The position numbers and the translations under genes are program-made. From a virus (Duplodnaviria > Caudoviricetes), in the IMG/VR virus record IMGVR_UViG_3300042307_000844: a DNA stretch of 64,000 nucleotides, one strand, 5' to 3'. Numbering within the stretch: the stretch's first letter is position 1; each line of letters starts with the position of its first letter. The notes under the pieces are model-generated. The model saw only the letters and a list, made by a program, of their open reading frames with translations. It was not told the DNA's origin and did not search any database. Shown in pieces: positions 30,136-39,252 of this stretch.

Positions 30136-31659
30136 TTAATTCAATGAATGAAAATATGTAACCCATTCATTGAATTGGTTCCCCTTCAAAATACCGGAAG
30201 CAATTGTTTTCATTTCCTCTTCATTCGGTTCCCTACCAGCATTCAATTCTTCTAGAACATATTCTTGCAAGGCTGCTGTGATATCCTTGAATTTGGATTT
30301 ATCCTTGACAAGAATTGGAAACCATTGCATTAATTTATCACCACTGAAATATTGTTTCAGAAGTTTTCTGGTGTCATCTTCCGATCCTCCAATGTTGGAA
30401 ACCTTCTCTTCCGCCCTTTTGATCTTCTCCCAAAATTCCTGTTTATTGAAAAGACCAGAACCACGGGATGCTTCATCACAGTAACCAACTGCTTTGATGG
30501 TTTCCCATGATGGATTCTGAATCAGCTTGGTGAGAGTCTTGATATTCAATTTATCTAAATTGTGAACAAGCATATGTTTATCAACTGCTGCCAATATGTT
30601 CTTTTTATCTTGGGGGGATAATTCCGCAAAACGCAATCTTTTGAAAATTTCCTCAACAATGGGAACTCCCGCCGATTCGTGTCCATGATAATTACTGAAA
30701 CCATTATCTTTCTTTCCTCTGGTAGTGGCTTTCCCGAAGTCATGGAAGAGAACTGCCAGATTGATCACAGGGTCTTTGTATGGTGATGCCTTTAGACATT
30801 CATAGATGTGTCCCAGAACTTGGGAATCCCCTTCGGGGTGGTGTTGTGGGTCGTGATCATATCCTTCCATCGTGGTAAATTCGGGAAGGATATCATGGAG
30901 GATTTTGGTGTCCTGTAATTTCTTTAGGAAATTCGCAAGCGTTTGTCCCGTTTTGGCGGATTTGAAAAATTCCTTGGAAATGCTTTCTTGGGAAATTGCC
31001 TTGGGGTCTTGGAGGAGATGCTTCAATTCAATTGCGGCAGCTTTGGTATTATCCTCAATTTCAAAATCCATCTTGGCGGCAAAACGAAAGACACGGAGGA
31101 TTCTCGTAGCGTCTTCCAGAAATCTTTGTTTTGCGTCTCCCACGGCACGGACGATCTTGTTCTTCAAATCTTCCAGACCACCTTGGTAATCCACGATCTT
31201 ACCCTCTTCATCCAACCCGAAAGAATTGATTGTTAAATCTCGCCGCTCCGTATCCTTTTCAAATGAATCTGTTTCTGTTGATATGTTGGATTGTCTTCCA
31301 ATATCGCCGGAGTCGGTTCTGAATTTTGCCAGATCATAAACATAACCTTTCCAGAGAATGGCATACACGGGTTGGGAATCGTTCTTGGAAATATTTCTCA
31401 ATTCAAAATGTTTTTCCAATTCTTCCACGGGAATATTGGTAGCCAAATCCACATCATCAATTGCGTTACCCATGAGTAGATCACGGGGAACTCCCCCAAC
31501 GATATAGATTTCTCCTTGTAATTTTGCCTTGATATTCTTCATCAAATCCAAAGCAACTTGGAGTTCTTCCGATTCTTTGACAGCGGTATTCCACTTCTCA
31601 TCAAAATCCTCCACGTATTCACGCATGAGTCGGTGATATAATTTATGAAATCTTTCCAT
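30136..31659 (-). CDS. cca: tRNA nucleotidyltransferase (CCA-adding, class II) with HD domain
   Basis: VGGVPRDLL..DVDLAT, RRDLTINS, EDATRILR, LFHDFGK. Confidence 0.9.
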   Translation of the reverse strand: MERFHKLYHRLMREYVEDFDEKWNTAVKESEELQVALDLMKNIKAKLQGEIYIVGGVPRDLLMGNAIDDVDLATNIPVEELEKHFELRNISKNDSQPVYAILWKGYVYDLAKFRTDSGDIGRQSNISTETDSFEKDTERRDLTINSFGLDEEGKIVDYQGGLEDLKNKIVRAVGDAKQRFLEDATRILRVFRFAAKMDFEIEDNTKAAAIELKHLLQDPKAISQESISKEFFKSAKTGQTLANFLKKLQDTKILHDILPEFTTMEGYDHDPQHHPEGDSQVLGHIYECLKASPYKDPVINLAVLFHDFGKATTRGKKDNGFSNYHGHESAGVPIVEEIFKRLRFAELSPQDKKNILAAVDKHMLVHNLDKLNIKTLTKLIQNPSWETIKAVGYCDEASRGSGLFNKQEFWEKIKRAEEKVSNIGGSEDDTRKLLKQYFSGDKLMQWFPILVKDKSKFKDITAALQEYVLEELNAGREPNEEEMKTIASGILKGNQFNEWVTYFHSLN

Positions 31660-31663
31660 ATTT

Positions 31664-33688
31664 TTATAGATATTTATAATAGAGTTTATACAATTGTGGA
31701 TAATTGTATTTTTTGGATAAATCTTCAAATTCTTCAGGGTTGGTTGCTACGGTTTTCAACATGTGTAAGGCATACAATCTAAAAGCATTTATAATGTGGG
31801 GATACATATCATCAACAAATTGAACGAATTGATAATTTTTATTATCCATTTTGGGAAAGAGCATTTTGAGATTTGTGAATTCCAAATCCCCATAATTGAA
31901 ATGTGTATTACCCGACAACATATAATCAACCCCATCCAGAGGATTGGAATACGACTCGAAAAATTTGTCAAATTGTAACTGCGCCGGATCATTATCCAAC
32001 TTCGGTTTGAAATTTTCCATAGCCAGTTTTGTTATGATGTTTTCCAACACTCCTTTTGATTGACCATGTTTACTATCCATAACACCCTGAAGAGCATGGC
32101 GGAAATCCTCAAGAATAATAAGTCTGCTTGGAAATCTTACAGTAAAGGATTTCCTGACATCGTTGCCTGAAATTGTCAGGGTGTCGAACGGTTCTTCTTC
32201 CATTTCAATATAATCTTCAATCATGGAGAAATTGCTATCTCCGCTTGCAGCGGTTTTTATAAACCCACCATCAATAAGCACTGTATAAAGCTCATCCTCA
32301 TCATCCAACATATCCTCAATCTTATCGTCAAAATTCTTCATATAGTGACAATATGTATCAAATTTATCGGAATCATTATGATATTCCTCTTCTGAAAAGT
32401 GGATTTCCAAGCTGGTGTTGGTTAGGATCATTCGATATATGTTGATGTCGGTAGCGTCATATATGTATTGGAACAATTGGGAATACTCATAATCATCATC
32501 ATATTTCCCATCCCTAGCTTTACTCACATCATAATCTTCAGCTTCCAACTCGACATCATCCGGTAAATTGAACTTGGTTAAATCGATGGTTGATGTTCCG
32601 CTTGCTTGGAAATATACTTCTTCATCGTCCATCAAGTAATAATCAACACTACTATATGTCAACCTGCCGTTATATTCCTCTTTTATTTCTTCCAGTTCAT
32701 CTTCCAGACCCAATTGGGAATGTCTGCTTTCCCCCCTTTCATCATCCCGATCATGGTTTATTCGTTTGAAATCGGATGAGTCTTGGGTGGATTCCTCATC
32801 CGTGAAATAATTGGCAACCAGATCAAGGATTTCATCATCATAATAAGTTCCCCCCTTTTTCGTATAGGAATTACCACGGAAATCTTCGGGAGTGGTTGTT
32901 TGTTTATTTTTCAGATAATTTACCAAGGATTTGTAGAAATTGGGGATTGCGGTATCTCCATATATCTTGGTATCGGGAATGGCAATCTCATCTCCGTAAT
33001 CATCCACCAATCGACGAACACGCAAACGGGACATGGGGCGCAATCCATATGCACCGGATATGCCCCTGTCGGAATCAACGAATATTTCCCTCTTCTGAAA
33101 GTCCTCTTCCGTAAGCTCATTGAAATCCTCTTCTCGCACCACATAAGCCACAGCACCTCCTGAAATGGCTTCTTGGATGGCACACTGGAAATATCCCCCA
33201 CCTTGGGAATGACAGGATGATATGTTGCGGTGATCGGACATGCGAACCACATCAATGGGAGCGCGGGAAAGGATGACTATGAATTCCGGTTTCTCAAACG
33301 CGGATTCCAGATTGTCCTTATACATTGCAAACCAATCCAGATATTTTTTCTTTTTATTCTCCGATACTTTCAGGGCAGCAATGGCTTTACCAATGTTGAT
33401 TTTCTGTTCCTTGTGTTCCCCCTGCCCATATTTTGGATCAAGCTTTATTTTTCTGATGACTTCCCCTTTTTTCAAATCCACCTTGTCAAAATGCTGAATT
33501 CTTTTCAGGTCATCCATGATACTCTGAGCCGTGATGTCCGTCCCGATTGGAAATGCCACACGCATTTTGTCTCCAAAAATATGATCAAAAGGTAAGACAT
33601 CCGAATGTTGGTTGAGATAATCCACGACCTTTTGGTTCATCTCTGTGATGAGGACGGATTCGTAGAGTTCTTGGAGTTGGAAAATCAT
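31664..33688 (-). CDS. Large acidic hypothetical late protein
   Basis: Long ORF; TAAATA-N5-ATG at 33688. Confidence 0.75.
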   Translation of the reverse strand: MIFQLQELYESVLITEMNQKVVDYLNQHSDVLPFDHIFGDKMRVAFPIGTDITAQSIMDDLKRIQHFDKVDLKKGEVIRKIKLDPKYGQGEHKEQKINIGKAIAALKVSENKKKKYLDWFAMYKDNLESAFEKPEFIVILSRAPIDVVRMSDHRNISSCHSQGGGYFQCAIQEAISGGAVAYVVREEDFNELTEEDFQKREIFVDSDRGISGAYGLRPMSRLRVRRLVDDYGDEIAIPDTKIYGDTAIPNFYKSLVNYLKNKQTTTPEDFRGNSYTKKGGTYYDDEILDLVANYFTDEESTQDSSDFKRINHDRDDERGESRHSQLGLEDELEEIKEEYNGRLTYSSVDYYLMDDEEVYFQASGTSTIDLTKFNLPDDVELEAEDYDVSKARDGKYDDDYEYSQLFQYIYDATDINIYRMILTNTSLEIHFSEEEYHNDSDKFDTYCHYMKNFDDKIEDMLDDEDELYTVLIDGGFIKTAASGDSNFSMIEDYIEMEEEPFDTLTISGNDVRKSFTVRFPSRLIILEDFRHALQGVMDSKHGQSKGVLENIITKLAMENFKPKLDNDPAQLQFDKFFESYSNPLDGVDYMLSGNTHFNYGDLEFTNLKMLFPKMDNKNYQFVQFVDDMYPHIINAFRLYALHMLKTVATNPEEFEDLSKKYNYPQLYKLYYKYL

Positions 33689-33716
33689 GTTATTATTTAA
33701 GGGATAATGTGGAAAA

Positions 33717-33797
33717 TGGTAGATGCTGAGGGAATCGAACCCAATCTCTGAGAGGATCAAAACCTCTAGTGCTAAAAAACCGTTACACTACGCATCA
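33717..33797 (-). tRNA. tRNA-Gln(UUG), atypical
   Basis: AC arm AGAGG-TTTTGAT-CCTCT, TTCGA loop, CCA end; enlarged D loop and acceptor-stem mismatches. Confidence 0.72.
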
Positions 33798-33807
33798 ATT
33801 ATAAAAA

Positions 33808-33905
33808 TGGTCTAGGTGACAGGATTCGAACCTGCGAGAGACAGACACTTACTGCCCCCAAGTAGTTCCAAGCTACCCCGATTACCAAGCTATCGCAACA
33901 CCTAG
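33808..33905 (-). tRNA. tRNA-Pro(UGG) with a long variable arm
   Basis: CTAGGTG/CACCTAG-A-CCA acceptor; GGTAG-CTTGGAA-CTACT; ~25-nt variable region. Confidence 0.88.
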
Positions 33906-33908
33906 ATA

Positions 33909-33995
33909 TGGTGTGTCACATAGGATTCGAACCTACTCAGCCCAAAGGCAAATGATTTACAGTCATTCTCAACTCTCCAACTTTGACGGTGACAC
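33909..33995 (-). tRNA. tRNA-Tyr(GUA)
   Basis: AATGA-CTGTAAA-TCATT, long variable arm, CCA. Confidence 0.95.
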
Positions 33996-34008
33996 ATATT
34001 AAAAAAAG

Positions 34009-34081
34009 AGCCGTAGGAGGAATTCGAATCCCCGACCACCGAATTACAAATTCGACGCTCTACCAACTGAGCTACTACGGC
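34009..34081 (-). tRNA. tRNA-Thr(UGU), no encoded CCA
   Basis: TCGAA-TTTGTAA-TTCGG; GCCGTAG/CTACGGC. Confidence 0.93.
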
Positions 34082-34086
34082 ATTGA

Positions 34087-34158
34087 CACTTCTGAGGGGA
34101 ATCGAACCCCTATTTGGTGGATGAAAACCACCCGTCCTAACCATTAGACGACAGAAGC
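34087..34158 (-). tRNA. tRNA-Glu(UUC), no encoded CCA
   Basis: GGTGG-TTTTCAT-CCACC; GCTTCTG/CAGAAGT. Confidence 0.93.
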
Positions 34159-34284
34159 AAAATTGGCTCGCTTATTTGTTGACGGAGGCATTAGTCTTTC
34201 GACAGCGAACGATGATCACTATTACGATCCTCTCCGAAGCAGTTTTTTGATTTGGGGACATACTCAGCCCAAGATTTTATAAAA

Positions 34285-34359
34285 TGGCTCTCAGGGTAGG
34301 ATTCGAACCTACAACCTAGAAATTAACAGTTTCCCGCTCTACCATTGAGCTACCTGAGA
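34285..34359 (-). tRNA. tRNA-Asn(GUU)
   Basis: GGAAA-CTGTTAA-TTTCT; CCA. Confidence 0.95.
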
Positions 34360-34361
34360 TT

Positions 34362-34438
34362 TGGTGAGAGTCGCGGGATTTGAACCCACAAGACCACGGA
34401 TTAAAAGTCCGTTGCTTTACCAAATAAGCTTCACTCTC
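34362..34438 (-). tRNA. tRNA-Lys(UUU)
   Basis: ACGGA-CTTTTAA-TCCGT; CCA. Confidence 0.95.
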
Positions 34439-34522
34439 ATAATATTAAAAACATTCAGTGTGCTTGTTTCATCACAATCTCCCTTTCGGACTTTAATGTG
34501 TTCGGCCACATAACCCCTAGAT

Positions 34523-34554
34523 AACAAAAAACCCCATCTTGTTAAGGATGGGGT
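34523..34554 (-). terminator. Intrinsic terminator in the leader of the tRNA operon
   Basis: ACCCCATC-CTTAACAA-GATGGGGT followed by TTTTTGTT on the minus strand. Confidence 0.88.
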
Positions 34555-34582
34555 GAAAACGAAACAGGATATTACCATATAA

Positions 34583-34645
34583 TCATTTGCACCGCCACCC
34601 AGATGGTGTCGGTTTCTCCTGATTATAATTTTGGTTGTTGCTCAT
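34583..34645 (-). CDS. Putative attenuator leader peptide MSNNQNYNQEKPTPSGWRCK
   Basis: 20-codon ORF with ATG directly after a promoter-like sequence, 29 nt before the terminator; codons 3-14 match the downstream tRNAs. Confidence 0.75.
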   Translation of the reverse strand: MSNNQNYNQEKPTPSGWRCK

Positions 34646-34889
34646 GTCGTTATTCTTATTTAGCAGATGCGTTTAGATTTTCAAGTTCTTTTATAATAAA
34701 ATTTCATTCATTTGATCAATTATCTCATTAATATTGATTGGAGATGCGTTTGTTTTATAGAATTGTGCTGCTGGTGAATACCAATTAACCCAATGGGTAA
34801 TATTCTCAATAGATACACCATTCAAATATTTGGAGTAAATGAGTAAATCAATATCAGCAAAATCCATCTCTTTTAATTCTTTGTCCATA

Positions 34890-35309
34890 TTATTCCCCAA
34901 GTTCTTTCTTCAATTGTTCCAGAAGCAGAATTTTCTGTTCCTTGGTCTTTGCCAATTTGTTCATTTCCTTCTCCTTTTTCTTACGTTCGTATTCTTCCTT
35001 GCGCTTACGTTCCGCTTCCAGACATTTGATACGTTCATCCTGTCTCTTTTTCACAATAAAATCAATTGCTGATTGGGCGGTGATCTGTTCTTGTTTCACC
35101 ACAAGGAACGCAAAAGATTTATTTTTATTTTTTGGCAAGTTGAAATTGCTCACAAATTCTTCCAATTCATATAAATCATCATCCTCCACCTCTTCCCATG
35201 GGGAATGATCTTCCACTAAAACCCTTGTGATGTCGGAGTAATCGTCCCCATAATTGAAATAAACCGTGTTGGTTTCCGTATTTGCGATAATCAATTTTAC
35301 TTGTTTCAT
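34890..35309 (-). CDS. Hypothetical protein (cassette-type promoter)
   Basis: AAAAACTAG-AA-TACAAT-N6-ATG upstream. Confidence 0.75.
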   Translation of the reverse strand: MKQVKLIIANTETNTVYFNYGDDYSDITRVLVEDHSPWEEVEDDDLYELEEFVSNFNLPKNKNKSFAFLVVKQEQITAQSAIDFIVKKRQDERIKCLEAERKRKEEYERKKKEKEMNKLAKTKEQKILLLEQLKKELGE

Positions 35310-36716
35310 GTCTTTATTGTATTCTAGTTTTTAAGGCACTCCAGCCCGTAATCGTTTTGATCTTCCGTTGTGATAGGAATTACTGGCGGCAAACAACGTT
35401 CCTTTATCATTATAGATGGGAACCTTACCAAAGCTGATCATATACCAGAGAAAGTGGATGTCAATCCTCCTGTCCATGCAGATGTGAATACCAAAGGAAA
35501 TATCGGGATATCCGAAATCGGTGATCCAGAATTTTTTAATCTTGTGGAATTTCATTCTTATCCTTACAAGTTCTTTTCCACTTAAACCATTTCAACCATT
35601 TGCAGGTTGAGGTTTCGTTTTTGATTTTCTTTCGTAGCTTTTTATATTTCATATCATGCGGGATGCTTCCCAATCCGCCAAAGGACGGGCATTGTAATTA
35701 CAATCAATATTGTGAACCTCTCGCCAATTTGCCAGACAGGATAGCTCATTAGCGAGATCATCAGCCAATTTCCTTTCGGCATTGAGATCATCGAGACGAT
35801 CATTCAACTGATCGATGATAGATTGTAGGGCATCACGGGAACCGATGAACAGTTCATCACATTCCGCGATTTCCAGCTTGCCGTTTTTCCTTCGATGTAG
35901 GACTACTTGACTTGGTTCTTCTTTGTTCATATTTTTACAAATGTCCCATCTTCAACCGCTTTACGAATATATCTCATAAAGTATATTGCCTTGTCATGAT
36001 TTTGGAAGGTTGCATCTCCACAATCCTCAATAGGAACAGGGAATCTATAAAGACCGCATTCATCTTCTGGTAATCCATTACCAATAACAACTACGTTATA
36101 ATATAGAATACCTTTACGATACTCTACAAATCTCACATAATTTTTATCTACAATTTGTTTTATTGTTAATTTCATTTTATACTTGATCCGAATTTTTTAT
36201 CAATCTTTGCTTTTTCGGTGACATCTTCCACTGATCTTGTGCCTTGACTAACACCAATCACTTCCCATCCATCTTCCCAAGTCTTATCATCCTTTTTGAT
36301 TTTGATGAACTTATTCATCACGGCGAATTTTGAAGGAATCCATGCCATATGATGTTGGTTTATTCGCTTGAGTGAACATTGTGTGTATGTATCTTTTTTC
36401 ATAATTTTAATCAGTAATATAATATAAACCCCATCTTTCACAAACAAAATTGAGACTATCCTTGATAAATTCCCGCATTGTTTTATCATTGTTTGGTGTA
36501 ATAACTTCAAACCAAACCCCTCTAAGTTCCGATATGAATGAAAAATCTTTTATAAATTCCTGTTTCAAAGAATCATCGGGAAGCAGTAACAGCCCCCTTG
36601 AGTAATTTTCTATGTTTATTGTGGTATGAAAATCATATTTTCCTTCTTCAAGATCAACAATGGTTGCGTTATTTTTAGTTCTTATATAGTGTGTCATATT
36701 TTTATTTTTTTGAAAG

Positions 36717-36793
36717 TGGAGCGACATGAGGGACTTGCACCCCCCAACCTGATGTTTGGAAAACACCCGCTCTACTAATTGAGCTAATGTCGC
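36717..36793 (-). tRNA. tRNA-Gly(UCC)
   Basis: GGTGT-TTTCCAA-ACATC; GCGACAT/ATGTCGC-T-CCA. Confidence 0.9.
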
Positions 36794-36794
36794 G

Positions 36795-36882
36795 TTGCGG
36801 GAGTGGAATTTGAATCCACAACAGGACTTTAACCTTTCTCTTGGTTATGAGCCAAGGATTTTACCAATTAAACTACCCCGCG
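36795..36882 (-). tRNA. Initiator-type tRNA-Met(CAU) with a long variable region
   Basis: C1:A72 mismatch, CGCGGGG 5' end, CTTGG-CTCATAA-CCAAG, 20-nt variable region, no CCA. Confidence 0.82.
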
Positions 36883-37783
36883 ATTGAAATTGTATTTAAC
36901 CATGACAACCGTAATTGTCAATCATCTTCTGTTTGAATTCATCATCAAATCCACTGTAACCAACCAGAACGGGCAATCCCCCATTATCCCTGAAGTTACG
37001 CATGAGATTGACCAACATTTTCACATACACCCTACATTGGGAACGCTCTTTCCAAACATTCCCAATGAGGGAAGCAAGGGGATAATACCAACCCCACCCA
37101 TTCATGTGCCATTCGGCAATCTCCTCATGGATCATCTTGATTTGTAGATCGTATTGTTGTTTGCCATTGATCATGGGTTCCACGATCTTTTTCTCTTCTT
37201 CCGTGATACCCTTGTAACCTTGGGATTCAATTCTGGTAAAAATATCGATCTGTTCCCTTGTCGGTTCCGTAAAATCGGGGTAATAATTCCTATCCACGAA
37301 ATGAGCAATCGTCTTGGCGATTTCGTAATGTTTCTTTTTTAATTTCATAATTATAGACAATTTGCTGCCATCCTTGCCATGTTCCATCCTTCCGTTGTCG
37401 GCTCAAACCGCGCACACACGATATGACCGTCTCCCAGAATGTGGGGATCAAGCTTTCCAAAGTATTTCACATCAATGTGGCAACGCAATAATAATAATTT
37501 ATCTCCCTTGAATGTGGTGCATCCCTCGTAATTCACCAGAAGGATCATTCCCCTTTCCAACTTTTCCTCTTTCAAAATTTTGAATTTGAAAGGGTTTGGA
37601 TTGGGGGCATAAATCTTTTCCTTTGGAATCTTTAGAAAATTATTGATCGTTGAACTCGATGCCGTTTGGGGCATTGAGTTCCTGTCACTGCTTTTTGATA
37701 ATCCGATTGCCAATCCCATGATGGATTCATTGTAGCTTAGTTTTTAAGAATGTCAAGGGGGGATTATTTAGCTAAATAAGAGT

Positions 37784-38640
37784 ATGAACAAGGATGATTT
37801 ATCCCTACAACAAATCTACCAAGAAATGGCTCTTTCCAATCTACAAAAGATTGGCAAATGGGATGATAAGAAAAATCGCCATGGTTATGACAAAGCATCC
37901 ATTGGGATTTTGTCGTCTCCTGCTGGTTTGAAAAAGCTGGAACAAAAATTTAATAATATTGGTAATTGGGATTTTAATTTATATTTCGTCAAGAATCCCA
38001 ATGCTTGGAAATATGCCGAACAGGGAAAAGTAACCGCTGGTCAACTTCAAGCTAGATTGGGATTGGAAGTTGGAAAAGATTTCCCCAACCGAAAGGCGAT
38101 CAGATCACGGTCTTCTTCACAAACAATGCCGCTGCTGAGAAAGTTCCCCTGACCCCATGGACAATCGCTCACAGAATTGGTCATGCTTTTGCAAAAACCT
38201 TTCGCAATGGTATTGGTTCGAGTAGGGTGGAATGGAATAATGATCAAATTTCAAGAATCCTAAGTAAAATATTGGGATGTTATGGAATCCAAAAAGGGTG
38301 GTCTGGATTGAGATATTCCGAAGAATATTATATTCGGGACTTGTATCAAAAGATTGGAAAATTCCGCAGTGCGAGAATGAGTAAGTTAATAAGACCCAAT
38401 GAATTCTACCACGAAGCATTTGCCTATTGGTTACTACATGATGGGGAACTTGATTTTAACGATCCTCCCCAATATCTGACATCATCCAATAAAAAAGCAT
38501 GGGGTAATCCAACGGGAAGAAATTACATGTTAAAGGATGAGGACGGTGCCACAGAACTTGTTCACCAATTGAGATATGCTCTGGAGGAAATGTTTCATAC
38601 CATGGTAGGGGAACATATGGGAGAAATATCCATCATGTGA
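37784..38640 (+). pseudogene. Single late gene interrupted by a 1-nt frameshift near 38088 (HRxxH zincin-like motif)
   Basis: ORF 37784 continues in the -1 frame as PKGDQITVFFTNN...TPWTIAHRIGHAF and runs into ORF 38227. Confidence 0.7.
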
Positions 38641-38730
38641 CGATAACCTTCCCTTGCACGATAAACACCGGAACTTTATCGTGCGGAATCAGGGTATTGA
38701 CAAAACCAAATATTCTGTTAAGATAAAGCC

Positions 38731-39252
38731 ATGATAAACAAAATCTTCATCGATCTGGACGAGTGTATGCTACATTCGATGCTTCGTAAACCCAACCAAG
38801 AACATATCCAATTCACTCTGGAGAATGATGACAACACCTATTACACCGTCATCCGTCCCTGCGCCCAAGGATTGATTGATTTTGCACGGGAACTTGTGGG
38901 AAAGGATAACGTGTATATCCTAACCACATCCACCACCGATTACGCCAATATGATCAATGAAAAGGCGGGATGGGGATTTGAGAGGGATCATATCATTGCC
39001 AGAGAGGAGATTAAAAGACACCTGATACCCACGGCTTATGGCGGAAGCGCATACATCGAGAAAGAAGGGATTGCTCACAAGGACAACGTTCTCATCGACA
39101 ATCTCCCTTATCGGGAAAACATGGGTAAAGTCACCCTGATTGGAATTAAGGAAGATCGCTATCTGAAGGTGAAAGATTACTGGGGAGTAAACGGGATTGA
39201 AAATTGGTTTGAGGAGGATGTGAGGGAATTCCTGAAGGAAAAAATGGTATGA
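38731..39252 (+). CDS. HAD/NIF-family phosphatase
   Basis: IFIDLDECMLHS (DxD), IRP, VLIDN. Confidence 0.8.
   Translation: MINKIFIDLDECMLHSMLRKPNQEHIQFTLENDDNTYYTVIRPCAQGLIDFARELVGKDNVYILTTSTTDYANMINEKAGWGFERDHIIAREEIKRHLIPTAYGGSAYIEKEGIAHKDNVLIDNLPYRENMGKVTLIGIKEDRYLKVKDYWGVNGIENWFEEDVREFLKEKMV

Noticed and set aside
33902-34144. 80-aa ORF in the ORF track (and 45769-45954)
   Set aside because: They run through tRNA genes and are shadows of tRNA sequence.
34160-34520. Theta/HDV-like, hammerhead or pistol ribozymes next to the tRNAs
   Set aside because: Only partial motifs are present (CUAAU, GAAA hairpin, P1-UAAA). I could not build P1/P3/L3, the CUGANGA core, or the loop pseudoknot, and no candidate starts directly at a tRNA 3' end.
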